Below are positions 21,437 through 32,935 of a DNA stretch of 64,000 nt, piece by piece (the first letter of the stretch is position 1; every line of letters begins with the position of its first letter). The position numbers were made by a program, and so were the translations under genes. The notes under the pieces were generated by a model, which saw only the letters and a program-made list of their open reading frames with translations, was not told the DNA's origin and made no database searches. Origin of the DNA: Selaginella moellendorffii (taxonomy: Eukaryota > Plantae > Lycopodiophyta); the NCBI RefSeq assembly GCF_000143415.4, contig NW_003314275.1:1369955-1433954 (forward strand), written 5' to 3'.

Positions 21437-23065
21437 TATAAATTTGCCAATGGATTTAATTTTAAACTATATTTTGCTTTCAAAAAAATTAAAATTTCAA
21501 TTTACATTATAAATTAAATGTAATATTTAGAAAAATGCCTTTTCACAAAAGAATTAAATTTTTTATATGTCTTTCATATAAAATACAAAAGTAAAATACA
21601 TAATTTTATATATTATATAATATTTCATATATTATTTTTTCCTTTGATTGGATACTACAACTTGTATTGCTATCAAATAATCTTTTTTTTTGAATATGAG
21701 AAATCAACAAATTCATTTAGTATATTATGGAATCTTCTTTTGTAAATGTATTTAACTTTTTAGCTTCTAAATAATTTTTGCATTTAATAATTAAGTATTT
21801 TAGAAGATAAAATTTTCTTAAATTTATAAAGAAATGAAATTACATATTATTATAATTTCTTTGAAAATCAATTTATCAATGTTGTGAAGTACATATGAAT
21901 TTTAAATATCCTAAAAAGTTTAAAGAACTGTTGGAAGAAATTATATTTTCTTTTGGTTTAGTAGCTTTAACACTAAAAGAATGTAAATTTTTACTATCTT
22001 GTAAAATTTTTTCTTCTTTTTTTTTCTTTTCAAAAGCAACAGTAATAACTTTTTCTTTAAAACACCATTTTATTAATAGCATAATGGACAAAGAAAACTC
22101 ACTTTTTTCCCTTTCCCCATTATAAACAATCTTACAACGTGAAGTGAGTGGGAAATTCAAAAGTAAAATCATCTCATAGCACAGGACCAGGATTGGCCCA
22201 ACACCGTCGGATGCACTTGCCCAGCACCGTCCGATGCAGGTAATAACCATAGAAATCAGTCAACGAAAACCAGTCTGCCTGCCTGTTCTCAGCGTACGCA
22301 TGTAACCATCGTCGTTGTCTGCACTCAAAAACCATCCGAGAGCTTCGTGAAGGTCCTGCGCAAAATTGGACTGAGCCATCCCTTCTCACTTTCGCAGCTA
22401 GTGTCCGATCGTTTAACTCTTTCATGCAAGACACAGCGGGAGAAATTCTGTAGAAAGCTAGCAAACAAGTGCAGCTCGAGAAAACGAACTTACTTCCAAG
22501 GACGCCTTTTTGGCAAGCTTCGCGTTGGTTGCTGTGGTCTCTTCGCCTGTTGCAACGGTGATGCAAACCTTTTGAAACAGTCACCTTACGTTCGAGCGTC
22601 AGCTTTCCATCTGTGAAAACAGAGACTACATCCAAATTTTGCAGCCTGTAAGAAACCCTTTCAGCATCTAGACTGCCAATCAAGCTGTTACCGGAGTCGA
22701 GGTTACGAAGTTGAGGCTTGAAAGCAACAACAAAGTTTGCTCAAAATTCCCACACGATCCAACCGGTTCATGCTCCACTTGTCTGACGATTGGCGATTTG
22801 TTTCTCCAGTGAGACAATGAGAAAAAGGCCTCGATGGTAACGAAGCATGGAGCTGCACGAAAATTAACGAGAAAAAAAAGAGGTTTTTTTTCTACCACGA
22901 CTCCACGAAATCACACAAAAGCGCTTGCTCAAGAGAATCACTTTGATTCTTGTCGGGATGCCCCCACACGCCGGCGCAGCGGCCCTGCCACAAAAAAAAT
23001 CGTGTTTTAGAAGCAATGAAACGAACCAGAGGATGAATTCAATGAAACGCATTTGCGGCTGAAGT

Positions 23066-24455
23066 ATGTATGTGTTGCGGGGTGATGGGGAGGTGGACAG
23101 GCGGAGACAGTCGCAAATGCGACTGAGGGGCATGCTTGGAAGAGGAAGAGAGCCTCTCAAAGGGAACAACAACCTCTATCTCAGGCTAGCAAGGCAAGAA
23201 GAAGAAGATCACCCTCCGGAGGAAGAGAGTTGCCTGGTAGCACTCGATCCGGCGCTGTGGAAGGGCCTGCCGGCGCTGCTGCTGCTCAAGATCCTTGTCG
23301 ACCATCTCCCCTTGGATCGCCTCTTCCGCCTTGCCGACGGCGACTGGGAGCTCACCGCCGCCATTCTCGCGCAGCCCTTGAAGCGCGACAAGTATGCGCT
23401 GCTGCTCCCGAATCAAAGCCTCGTCTTGCACAACTTTGGTGGAGTCGAGGAGAGCTCTGCTTCTACTCCTCGAGATCTGCCGCCCAGGTGGAAGAGGTTC
23501 CGAATCAGACTCGATGAGAGGGATGGTCAGAGCTCGTCGCAGAGGCGCCTCCTCGCCGTGTCTCCGCGCGGGCTGTTGGTTCTCTACTGCACCACAGGTG
23601 AAGGCGACGCGGGAAATCGTCACTCCCTGCTCTGCTACAGCCTAGATCCGGAGCAGCCGCAGCACCAAGCTTCCGTTTTGCTTCCAGCAGAGTATGATCA
23701 TGACGGCGGTGGCGTCCAAGCTTGCCAAGTCGTGCATCCCGGCTGCAAGGATGATCAGTGGTGGTATCAGATCGTCATCTTGTATGCGGCAGGGAGCAAA
23801 GCTCTGGTTTTTGACTCGCGCTCCCTCTCCTGGAACACGGTGCGCACGGCGAGCGCCGCGGAAAGGGACGTCTTTATCACTAGCAGCTGCGAGGCCATCC
23901 ATCTCCCCACCAAGTCAATCGCGCATGTTGTGCTGCCTCTGGGGCTCCATTGCCAGCTCCCTGAGGCGATCCAGACCCAAGACTCCACCTATTTGTTTCT
24001 TGTTGCAGCAATCGGCAAAGCCACAGGTAAAAAACACTTTTTTTTCTTTTCTGTTCTGATGAAGCTGCCAAATCTCTGCAGCCGACTATCGCTGGGCGAG
24101 AACCCCAGCTTTGGATGCTGCAAATGGTGTGAGCTACTCTCTAGTTTTCATATCTTCTTTCTCACAATGTGTATGAGCAGGCATCCATGAGAATTCCCCA
24201 GTGGTGCTCGGTGGCTTGAGGATGGATGGGGAGACTGGAGACTGGGAACTCCTCCCAGGTCCTAGGGACGAAGTGTGCCGAGCTTTGGTGCTGCCGGAGC
24301 TGTGGTGCCTGGGAGTCGCGGGTTGCGTGGGCGTTTTTGTCGACTCCAAGAAGCGCTTGCTCTCGTGCTTGGTCGATCCGTGGAGCTGGTATATCAGCAG
24401 CTCCGTCAAGAGCTGGAACCTGGATGGCAAAATCATCCAGATAGTCTCTCCATGA
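23066..24455 (+). CDS. F-box-like protein, copy A (spliced near the 3' end)
   Basis: LDPALWKGLPALLLLKILVDHLPLDRLFRL resembles a plant F-box. Donor at ~24027. Start and last exons uncertain. Confidence 0.6.
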
Positions 24456-24899
24456 TCTTTTCTATTGTAAAGTGGACCAAGAGCCACAACAGGAATTTTA
24501 CTCACAGATATAAGTATTTTGTTCCTTCTAGAAACGATTTGAATTCAAGTACTCCACTTCTTGGTGCTGTGTGCTACACGAAATCTCAAAAGAATTGGTT
24601 GTATAATGTGGCCTCGGCCACGAAAACAAAAACATACCTTGGAAGAAAGTTGGACGAGGCGGCCGTTTCATCGAAAGAGAAGCAGCAAAGGAAAACTCAC
24701 AGGAAATTCTTCGTGTGTAGAATCTTCCCCAGAGCCCATGAGGCCTGCCGCCGATCCTCTCGGTCGAGTTTTCCAAGTACTCGTTGCTACAGGTAGTAAA
24801 TCGTCTTGAAGCTGGCCTCGAATTGGTCAGCTCCAAGCAAGATAAGCTCCAGCAGCCGGACGCTGCTGGCAATTAGCTACGTCGTTGGTGACTTCGTGT

Positions 24900-25262
24900 A
24901 TTAAAGGCTTTTGGACAGTTTATAGCGAAGCCCTTGTAATTCTTTCCAAGCTATGAGGAAAACCCTTCCAGAAAAGGTGATGGCCTTTGATTCCAAGAAA
25001 TCTATTACTACTACTATCCAACGTGGGGTGACATAGAAAAGCGCACGCCCAGGGATTCGCTCCGGACGGACCGTGAGTCGCTGGAGTGGTAAAATTCGCG
25101 AAGGAGTTGCAGGGCAAGATTTGCATGGATGGATCGATCCCGACGTGAATGCCGAGGAGCGGGATTTGTAGGAATGTTCTTGGGCTCAAGGATGTCAAAG
25201 GAGAAATCGTGTGAAGGAGAAATCCATGGCGCAAAAGGAAAGAACAGATAAAACCTTATTAA
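24900..25262 (+). pseudogene. Decayed copy of the orphan ORF 16816-17280
   Basis: Shared blocks (aaacccttccagaaaagg, gctggagtggtaaaattcgcgaagg) with deletions and stops. Confidence 0.85.
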
Positions 25263-25380
25263 AAGGAATTAATAAAAGGAACTGCTAGTTTTAGGGCTTT
25301 TCGAAACGAATTAAGGGGGGAAGATAAAAGTGCTCTGTTTTTAGGGTTCTTTGTTTTAAGGTTATCAATCTAAAGAAGAA

Positions 25381-27516
25381 ATGGGGGTTCTTTCTCTGCC
25401 TTGCATTGCGTGTGTCGCGTCTAGGTCACAAGGCACGGCCCTTGCGCCTCACAATCGCGTGGCGGGATGCAGGAAAGAGAGGCGTGGCGCGCTCACTGTC
25501 GTCGCTTCGTCTCCGGGAAGTGATGGACACTCGGCTCGTCGCGAAATTTCAGCTCGGGAGGGATATTTCAGGCTTTTCTCCAATGTCAACGAAGCTACGT
25601 TGAAGCACGAGCCAGGTTTGTGGACGATTTCTCTGAGAATTTCGTGTTTTCTACATAGCTGCTGTAGGGAGCCTAGTGAGTGCCATTTTTCTCGTTGCGG
25701 GGACAACAGTAAGAAATATTGTCACAGCCTATTCAAGGCTGATTTTTTTTTCTTTTCTGTGATTGCTGTCAAAGATTGGAGCTGGAGTTTTGGCTATTCC
25801 TGCCGTAACAGAGGAGTCTGGGTTCGCAGCATCATCTCTAACTTGCAGCATTTGCTGGCTATACATGGTATGGAAGATTTCCATTATTATTCGACTGGTT
25901 GAGTGGAAGATTAGTTCTCAGGTTGCTACGGGATTGCTAGTAGCAGAAGTTAACGTGAGCACTATGTGTGAACTTGGCTCCGGTGGCGTATCGATTGTAA
26001 GCTGTTTTCCAGTTCTAGGACATGTCTGCTGATTGCCGATTGCTTTCAACAGGTTTCCATGGCTGAGAGAACTTTAGGAGCGATTGGAGTTCGGTTTGCC
26101 AGGTTTCTATCCTTTAATACGCACCATTCTTTGAGCTCACCTTGTGTTACTGGCAGCTTGGCATACCTTTTCATTCACTATGCTTTGCTGGTGGCTTATG
26201 TGGCTCGATCTGCTGATATCATATCAAACGCCAGTGGTGCTCCTCTGTGTGTCACTGTCCGTAACTCTTCTTTTTTCTTGTCTTTGACTCTTGTGCTTGA
26301 CTGCTACTTTCTTTCAGATGGGCTAGTGCGCTACTCTTCACTGGAATATTTGGCGGGCTATGCTACAGTGGGAGGTGAAAGAAGCTCGTCATTATAACAT
26401 TGCTCCAACCCGGTCCCTAATTGCAGCCAGCGTATAATCGGGGCGTTTAATGGAGCTTTGGTACTTGGAATAATTGCAAGTTTTATCTCCCTTGTGGTAA
26501 GGTCTCATATATGGTATGGTTTACTAACGCTTATACAAAGACAATTGTGGCATAGGCTGTTTCAACAGGATATATAGAGCCTGAATTACTCCTGCGAGCC
26601 AATTTTGCTGCAGTGCCTAGAAGCGTTCCTGTGATTGCATTGGCATTTGTCTACCAGGTACTGTTTTGTCTTAAACTTGGTTGCTATCATATTTTTACGT
26701 GACAGAATGTAGTTCCTGTTATTTGTACCAATCTTGAAGGGGACCTCAAAAAGATAAGGTACACGGGGCTTTACTTTCTTATGCATTATAGAACTTAGTT
26801 CCTAAGTCTTTAGGACCGCCATTGTGGCCGGGACTGCCATTCCCTTGGCAATGTTTATTGTATGGGATGCCGTTATTCTTGGCAGCGTATACCCGGGAGC
26901 CGGAAACTCATCTCTTTCAGATCCATTGATGCAATTGCGATCACAAAGCGGCATCATAAGCGTACGTTTGTGCTGTTTCTCAATCGTTGTAAATAATTTC
27001 GTTTTTGTAACAGCCTCTGGTGGAAGTATTCTCGCTGCTGGCCATCACGACGTCTTATATCGGTTTTGTGCTTGGTCTGTCGGACTTTGTCGCCGATTGT
27101 AAGTGCTGATTGATTTCCCGAAAGCTTATGGTAGCTTCTTGTTAGTGCTCAAGCTCCCGGGTGGCGGATCCAGAAAACCTTTACCATATGCCGTGACTCT
27201 GCTTCCTCCAGCAGCACTCGCGTTACTATCTCCGGACATATTTTTCAAAGCTTTGGATTTTGCTGGTGCCTACGGCGGTAAGCTGTTGGACAAAAACAAG
27301 ATGCTTCGCCTTATCACTTTTTTGTTTCTCTTTTTCACTGCAGTGCTAGTCTTGTTTGGTATTTTGCCGGCATCTATGGCCTGGTCACAAAGATACTCGA
27401 CATCTTCTTTACCTGCTGTTCCTCCTATGGTTCCTGGAGGTCGTTTGGCACTGGGTGTGATGATAACAGGAGCTGGCTTCATCATTACTACACAGTTTTT
27501 GAGCACATTCTCGTGA
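25381..27516 (+). CDS. Tryptophan/tyrosine permease (TyrP/Mtr family), probably plastid-targeted, multi-exon, copy A
   Basis: Transit-like N-terminus. LFSNVNEATLKHEPG/SLVSAIFLVAGTT/IGAGVLAIPAVT, GTAIPLAMFIVW, PDIFFKALDFAGAYG, LVLFGILP. Confidence 0.9.
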
Positions 27517-27659
27517 GCAAAATGCTTTATGATCGATCAAAGTATCAGCTTTCCAAGCTCTATCAGATTACTTTACGATAAGTCTATCTTGAGAGTGAGT
27601 GTTTGAATTCGATGCAAATTGCTAGCTGAATAAACTATGACATAAAAACTTTCATTCGA

Positions 27660-28090
27660 AATTTAGGGTCTTCTTCCTTGCACTGCTGGGATGGAGCGCA
27701 CTCGTTCATGTCCCGGAAGCGATGGAGGGGCTCTCCAAATCCTATCGTAATTTTTCAGTTCGCCAAGCTACATTCCCGGTTTGTGGACAATTTTGTAGAA
27801 AACTTTCGGATTTTCTGTATGGCTGTTGTTTAGTTTAGCCACAGGAATGGTGCGGAAGGTATTACTACTGTGGAGCTGGAAGTATGCGGACTGTCAGCTT
27901 GGCATACCTTTCACAGTCAGGGGGTATTTGATGGAACTTGGAAATAGCTAAAAGTTCTATCGCTCTTGTGGTGAGAAGTTCCGCTATGTATTATTTCACA
28001 CTTATCGCATGGACTGTTTCAGCAGGATTTGTCACTCTTGCGAAGCCAATTGTGCTGCTGCGTCCCTGCGATTGCATTCTACCAGGTAAT
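27660..28090 (+). pseudogene. Deletion-riddled relic of the Trp/Tyr permease gene (also at ~37540-37955)
   Basis: Ordered short matches to 25385-26660: ggtttgtggac, cagcttggcatacctt, gccaattgtgctgc, tctaccaggta. Confidence 0.7.
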
Positions 28091-28386
28091 TTTCATTGTA
28101 AAACTCTCATATCCAGGTGCTGGTCATCATACAATGAGCTTCTTTTTTCAGTGCTCTCAAGCAAAAGCTTTCTCATATCCCGTGACACTCAAGAGCACTC
28201 TCTAGATTTATTTTTTTGGGAGCACTGCTGTAAGTTCTTGTCATGAAAAACCAGATGTTTGTCTCGTGATTCTACTCTTTACTACAGTGTTAGTAATTTT
28301 GCCTGGGGCCTCTTTGAATTGCTAAACAACGACCAAAATTTGTTGTGGGCTTGGAAGTATCAGATCTTCATCAAAGCCGAGTTCTC

Positions 28387-29830
28387 TCAAATCAAGAGCT
28401 TATTCAAAAATGTCTCAATGTCAGTAGGCTGGATTTTCCTATTGCTGTTATTCTGCATAAAAGGTAACGAGTCAGATTGCTTATGATCGGTAGTCACAAT
28501 TGTTACTTACCCTTGGTTTTGCTACTAAAGCAGCTCGAAAGCTATTCTCTGTCACTGCCGAGTCTATAGACGTGACCGACAATCCTAAGCTCCACAGGTA
28601 GTTGAGCAGCTGAAGCATAACGTCCTGACGCTGTGGTCTTCTTCTATATATCCGGATGGCAAAAGTTCCTTCAACGTCGAGAGCATTCACAGACAACTCA
28701 TCTCGATCGTCACTGGTTGTAAGTTCTGTCTTGATTGCCCCGATCTCTGCTCCTGGGCCGGCCGTTTCTTCTGTTGTTGCCTTGCTGTTCTCTAACTGTG
28801 CTACCCTTGTTTGTAGGTATTGCCTGTGATCTATTGCTCCTTGCAGCACAGATAACTTATCCTGCGAGCAAAGAATGTAAGAGCTTTCATCGATCTCGGA
28901 TTGATCTTACTTACCTTCGTTTTGAATGGGATCAACGACCTCAACCTCGAAATGCTGTCCTTGTGCCTCCTCCTTCGGTTTCGCTCGGCGTCTATGTGTA
29001 TAGTTCGGGTACGTGCATCTTCTCCTCCTGACATAGTTTGTGTTGGTCCTTGTGCTAAGCCACGTGCTCGTTTTCTTACTTCTTCTATTTGAGCTAGTGC
29101 TAGCAGCATCCTCTTGATCATTGCCTGCGAGGTAGTGGGAATTGCCATGCTCTTCTGCTGGAGCGGATCCCATTTTCTAAATGCCGTGGCTGAACTAGTG
29201 TCGAATTGCGTTCCTAGGCTTGAAGTTGCTTGATAGATTGTCGTCCAGTCTGACGTCGTGTAACTTTGATGATGCAGGCCAGGGATGTCCAGCGATGCCT
29301 CGGAAGGAGATTGTGAGAAAATGGATGACGTCGAGGTTGAGGGATGTTCCGTGGATACTGGCAATGCAACAGGAGCAGCATACAGGAATGTTCTTATAGT
29401 CTGGAGCAAGGAGTCGGTCTCAAGAATCTACAAGGTGAACAAGATTAGAAACGACTCTAAGCTTGGATTGTCTTACAGTTTCCGTGGAACCAATTTCCAG
29501 GACGCCATCCAGCAGCGGGATGCACAGGAGGCTCTGGATGATTGTGGCCTAAAATGCAGGTAAGGAAAGGAAACAAAGCTTGCTTCAGTTTTGTCAAAGT
29601 CAAGGACTTACTTGCAGGAAATCTCTTTGCTCGAGCACTGAGGTGTTCGTGACATTCACGCCTGTGACCCATACGTGCTCGCGTCTGATCGCTGCTATAC
29701 CGGCATGCCTGAAAGGTGAAAAAAGCCTTTTTTTATTCAAACTTCGCGCTGAAAACTCTCAATACCCATGTCCGAATGGAAACTGGCAGGACTTGTAAGC
29801 TGTGTAGAACAGCGCTTGCTGGAAACTGCA
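28387..29830 (-). pseudogene. MYC-type bHLH gene, copy A, 5'-truncated
   Basis: [24 protein letters not shown]. Homology to copy B stops at 29827 within exon 2, so exon 1 is missing. Confidence 0.8.
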
Positions 29831-30806
29831 AATCAAAGGAACGCCTTCATCTCCGCAAGCGACTGCCAAACAAACAGAATAGCGAATGATTTTTTATAAG
29901 ATACTGTAGAAACTGACTAGCAACTCGAGGAACCTTTCCTGTTCATACGAAATGGTCGCGACCATTCGTCACAGGAGCTCGAAGACCTGACTTGTTGGAT
30001 GGACACCTGAGACAAACAAGAAAACGAACCAGAGGCGATGAACCATTCTTGAGTTTCATCCCTTGTGCCTGCGGGCGCCACTCTCCTTAAATCTCTACAG
30101 CCAAGCAATACATTCTAGTGATCGCTCTAAACGAATTTCCAGGAGACAGAGAAGAAGAAGTACCTTCGTCCTATCGCTGCAAAACCACACAAGGATAGCC
30201 CTCTTGGAGAACTTTAGTTTCATCCTCGAGGACCTTGAGTCCAGCACAGCTCACAACTTCGGCAGTCGGCCGGAAAAGATGTTCATGGAAAAAATAGAGA
30301 GAAACCTTAGTAACAGTGTAAACAAAAGTTTGCTACCAGACACAAACGCTTTCGGCGTCAAGAAACGTCCAAGGCCTTTTAAGATCGACTCGGGCAACTT
30401 TCTTGCGCTTCTAAAAAGGAGCTTCGGAGGAGCAAGGCCGCATCACCCCTGATAAAAAAAACTCGTTAGTTCCAACACTTCTTACTTATCTCTGCTTACC
30501 ATTCACAATAAGGTACTTTGGAAAGAGGCCAAAGCTATGCCGCAGCGCATCCAGGCTTCCAAACCCGATCAAAAGGCACAGTAGTGCTGCCAGATTACAT
30601 GCCAATCCAATATTCGATGCCGGCTGTTCCACAGAATCGAAAACAAATGCGACATGAGGAAAGCAAACAAGTTGAGGAGCTACGCCCTCATTCGATCGAT
30701 CAGATCAGATGGGCGGTCCCTCTTGAAAACAAATGGGATTCGAAAGAAAACCCAACGAAAGAACAAAGAACTTTATTTTTTTTATTCCACAAGCAACAGA
30801 GCAGCG

Positions 30807-31751
30807 TCAACCCTGTGATTCGCGCATGCGAGCTCGCACAATCGCGGCTGTTTCATCGCAAGGGCAAATCTTGTCCGCTACTTCGAGGTAGAACTCCCAC
30901 AGGCCCAATTCTAGGGCCAAGATCCCGAGCATAGGATACACCACACCTCTAAGCCCTTCTTTTTCGGCGGCATTCACAATCGCAGTAAGCGCTTCGAACT
31001 TCCGATCGGTATCTTCGGGTGTTCTCTCCTCTTTCTTTTCAAAAGAAGAAGCGTGGGACTCCAAGAGATTAGTGATAGTTGTGGGAAGCGTGTCTTCCTC
31101 CTTGCATCGAGAACAGTAGCAGCTTTTGATTCCAAATGGTCGGAGCTCCTGGTGGCGCTGGAACGCTGGCGCGAGCACGTTGATATATGCAATTGAGATT
31201 TCGTCTCCAGCGGAAACAGGCTTCGTCGTCCTCACGCAAAGGACGGTGGAGTTCGCTAGGTAGGCCACGTAGGCGTTAGGGCTGCAGGAATGATTGATGA
31301 GAGATGTGTACCGCCCGAGGACATGGGTTTGTGACGCTGAAAAAAACGAGAAGTATGATAAGACTGTAAGAAGGGGAAAAAAAAAAAAAAAAAAACCTGC
31401 ATTCACAAATACATTCGTGTCCCACACGCGTTTAGCATGTTCCGGATCGATATCCGCGATTGCAGCTGAGAAATCCGGAGGAGTAGAGTATGCACGGGTG
31501 GTACCGTCATGAAGTTGACTCACATCCCCCAAGCATTGAAGAACGTGGATAGGACTGTCTTTTCCTATTTCTTTTGCGGAGAGAAGAGCACTCTCGAGCA
31601 GTACTAGAGTCCCTGGATCTATATCGCAGATCGCACAGATACCGCGACCTTCCCCCACTGCTTGGATTTGGACATCTTCCGACAGGTACGGACTAAAAGA
31701 GATGCCTATCATTCTTTCCTCTCTTTCTAAAACCCTAGCAAAGTTTTCCAT
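30807..31751 (-). CDS. SET-domain protein (SMYD/ASHR-like lysine methyltransferase), one intron at ~31339-31397
   Basis: GEGRGI, SLINHSCSPNA, GDEISIAYI, post-SET CYCSRC. TATA box at ~31791-31798. Confidence 0.85.
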   Translation of the reverse strand: MENFARVLEREERMIGISFSPYLSEDVQIQAVGEGRGICAICDIDPGTLVLLESALLSAKEIGKDSPIHVLQCLGDVSQLHDGTTRAYSTPPDFSAAIADIDPEHAKRVWDTNVFVNAGFFFFFFPLLTVLSYFSFFSASQTHVLGRYTSLINHSCSPNAYVAYLANSTVLCVRTTKPVSAGDEISIAYINVLAPAFQRHQELRPFGIKSCYCSRCKEEDTLPTTITNLLESHASSFEKKEERTPEDTDRKFEALTAIVNAAEKEGLRGVVYPMLGILALELGLWEFYLEVADKICPCDETAAIVRARMRESQG

Positions 31752-31808
31752 GACAGAATGAAAGCAAAGGAGCACGGATTCAACCAAATGTATTTATAAG
31801 TTTGCTCC

Positions 31809-32125
31809 GCAAATCAGAGCGCAAGACTAGGATGGCAATCTTAGCCGTTAAATTTCCCTCAAGCCAACGCCAATCACAGCGCAGGACGAGGATGGGCAAT
31901 CTTAGCCGCTGAATTTCCCGCTCAACTTTAAGCCGACGCGACGTTGCGCCAATCACAGCGCAGGACCCGGATCAACTCTCAGCCAATCACAGCACAGGAC
32001 CGGGATGGGCAATCTTAACCGTCGAATTTCCCGCTCCGACGTTGAGCCAATCACAGCGCAGGACCAAAGGCTTAACCATTGAATTTCCCGGACGCGAGGT
32101 TGCGCCAATCACAGCGCAGGACCGG
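31809..32125. promoter_or_regulatory. Array of GCCAATCACAGCGCAGGAC (CCAAT box) units interleaved with E2F-type TTTCCCG(C/G) sites
   Basis: Units at 31869, 31948, 31982, 32046 and 32104, plus a degenerate one at 31809. TTTCCCGC at 31914 and 32027, TTTCCCGG at 32084. Confidence 0.65.
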
Positions 32126-32935
32126 GATCGGCCCCAGCTACCGTCCGATCGTTTAACTCTTTCGTGCAAGACACAGCGGGAGAAATTCTGTAAAAAAGCT
32201 AGCACACAAGTGCTGCTCGAGAAAACCAACTTACTTCCAAGGACGCCTTTTTGGCAAGCTTCGCGTTGGTTGCTGTGGTCTCTTCGCCTGTTACGAGGGT
32301 GATGCGAGCCTTTTGAAACAGCCACCTTACGTTGAGTGTCAGCTTTCCATCTGTGAGAACAAGCTGAGAGGCCGCCATTTTGAGCACTGAGACTACATCC
32401 AGATTTTGCAGCCTGTAAGAAACCCTTTCAGCATCTAGACTGCCAATCAAGCTGTTACCAGAGTCGAGGTTGCAAAGTTGAGCCTTGAAAGCAACAACAA
32501 AGTTTGCTCAAAATTCCCACACGATCCAACCGGTTCATGCTCCACTTGTCTGACGATTGGCGATTTGTTTCTCCAGTGAGACAATGAGAAAAAGGCCTCG
32601 ATGGTAACGAAGCATGGAGCTGCACGAAAATTAACGAGAAAAAAAAGAGGTTTTTTTTCTACCACGACTCCACCACGAAATCACACAAAAGCGCTTGCTC
32701 AAGAGAATCACTTTGATTCTTGTCGGGATGCCCCCCACACGCCGGCGCAGCGGCCCTGCCACAAAAAAAATCGTGTTTTAGAAGCAATGAAACGAACCAG
32801 AGGATGAATTCAATGAAACGCATCAGGACCAGAGGATGGAAGATCGAAAAAGAAACCGACGGCAGGATTTGGGTGCTGCTCCCTGTTCTAGGGTTCTTCC
32901 ATCTAAGGTTGTGAGGGCCTTGGCAATACTGAAGT

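Larger units (their letters stand above)
22175..29830 (+). repeat. Tandem segmental duplication, copy A
   Basis: Near-identical to 32100-39695. Offset 9870 bp at the F-box ORF (23066 vs 32936). Confidence 0.97.

Noticed and set aside
22680-22898. ORF conserved in both duplicate copies (also 32447-32665)
   Set aside because: Conservation is explained by the recent duplication; non-ATG start and no homology recognised.
31809-32125. CRISPR-like repeat-spacer appearance
   Set aside because: Spacers are related to one another and uneven in length, there are no cas genes, and the context is eukaryotic.
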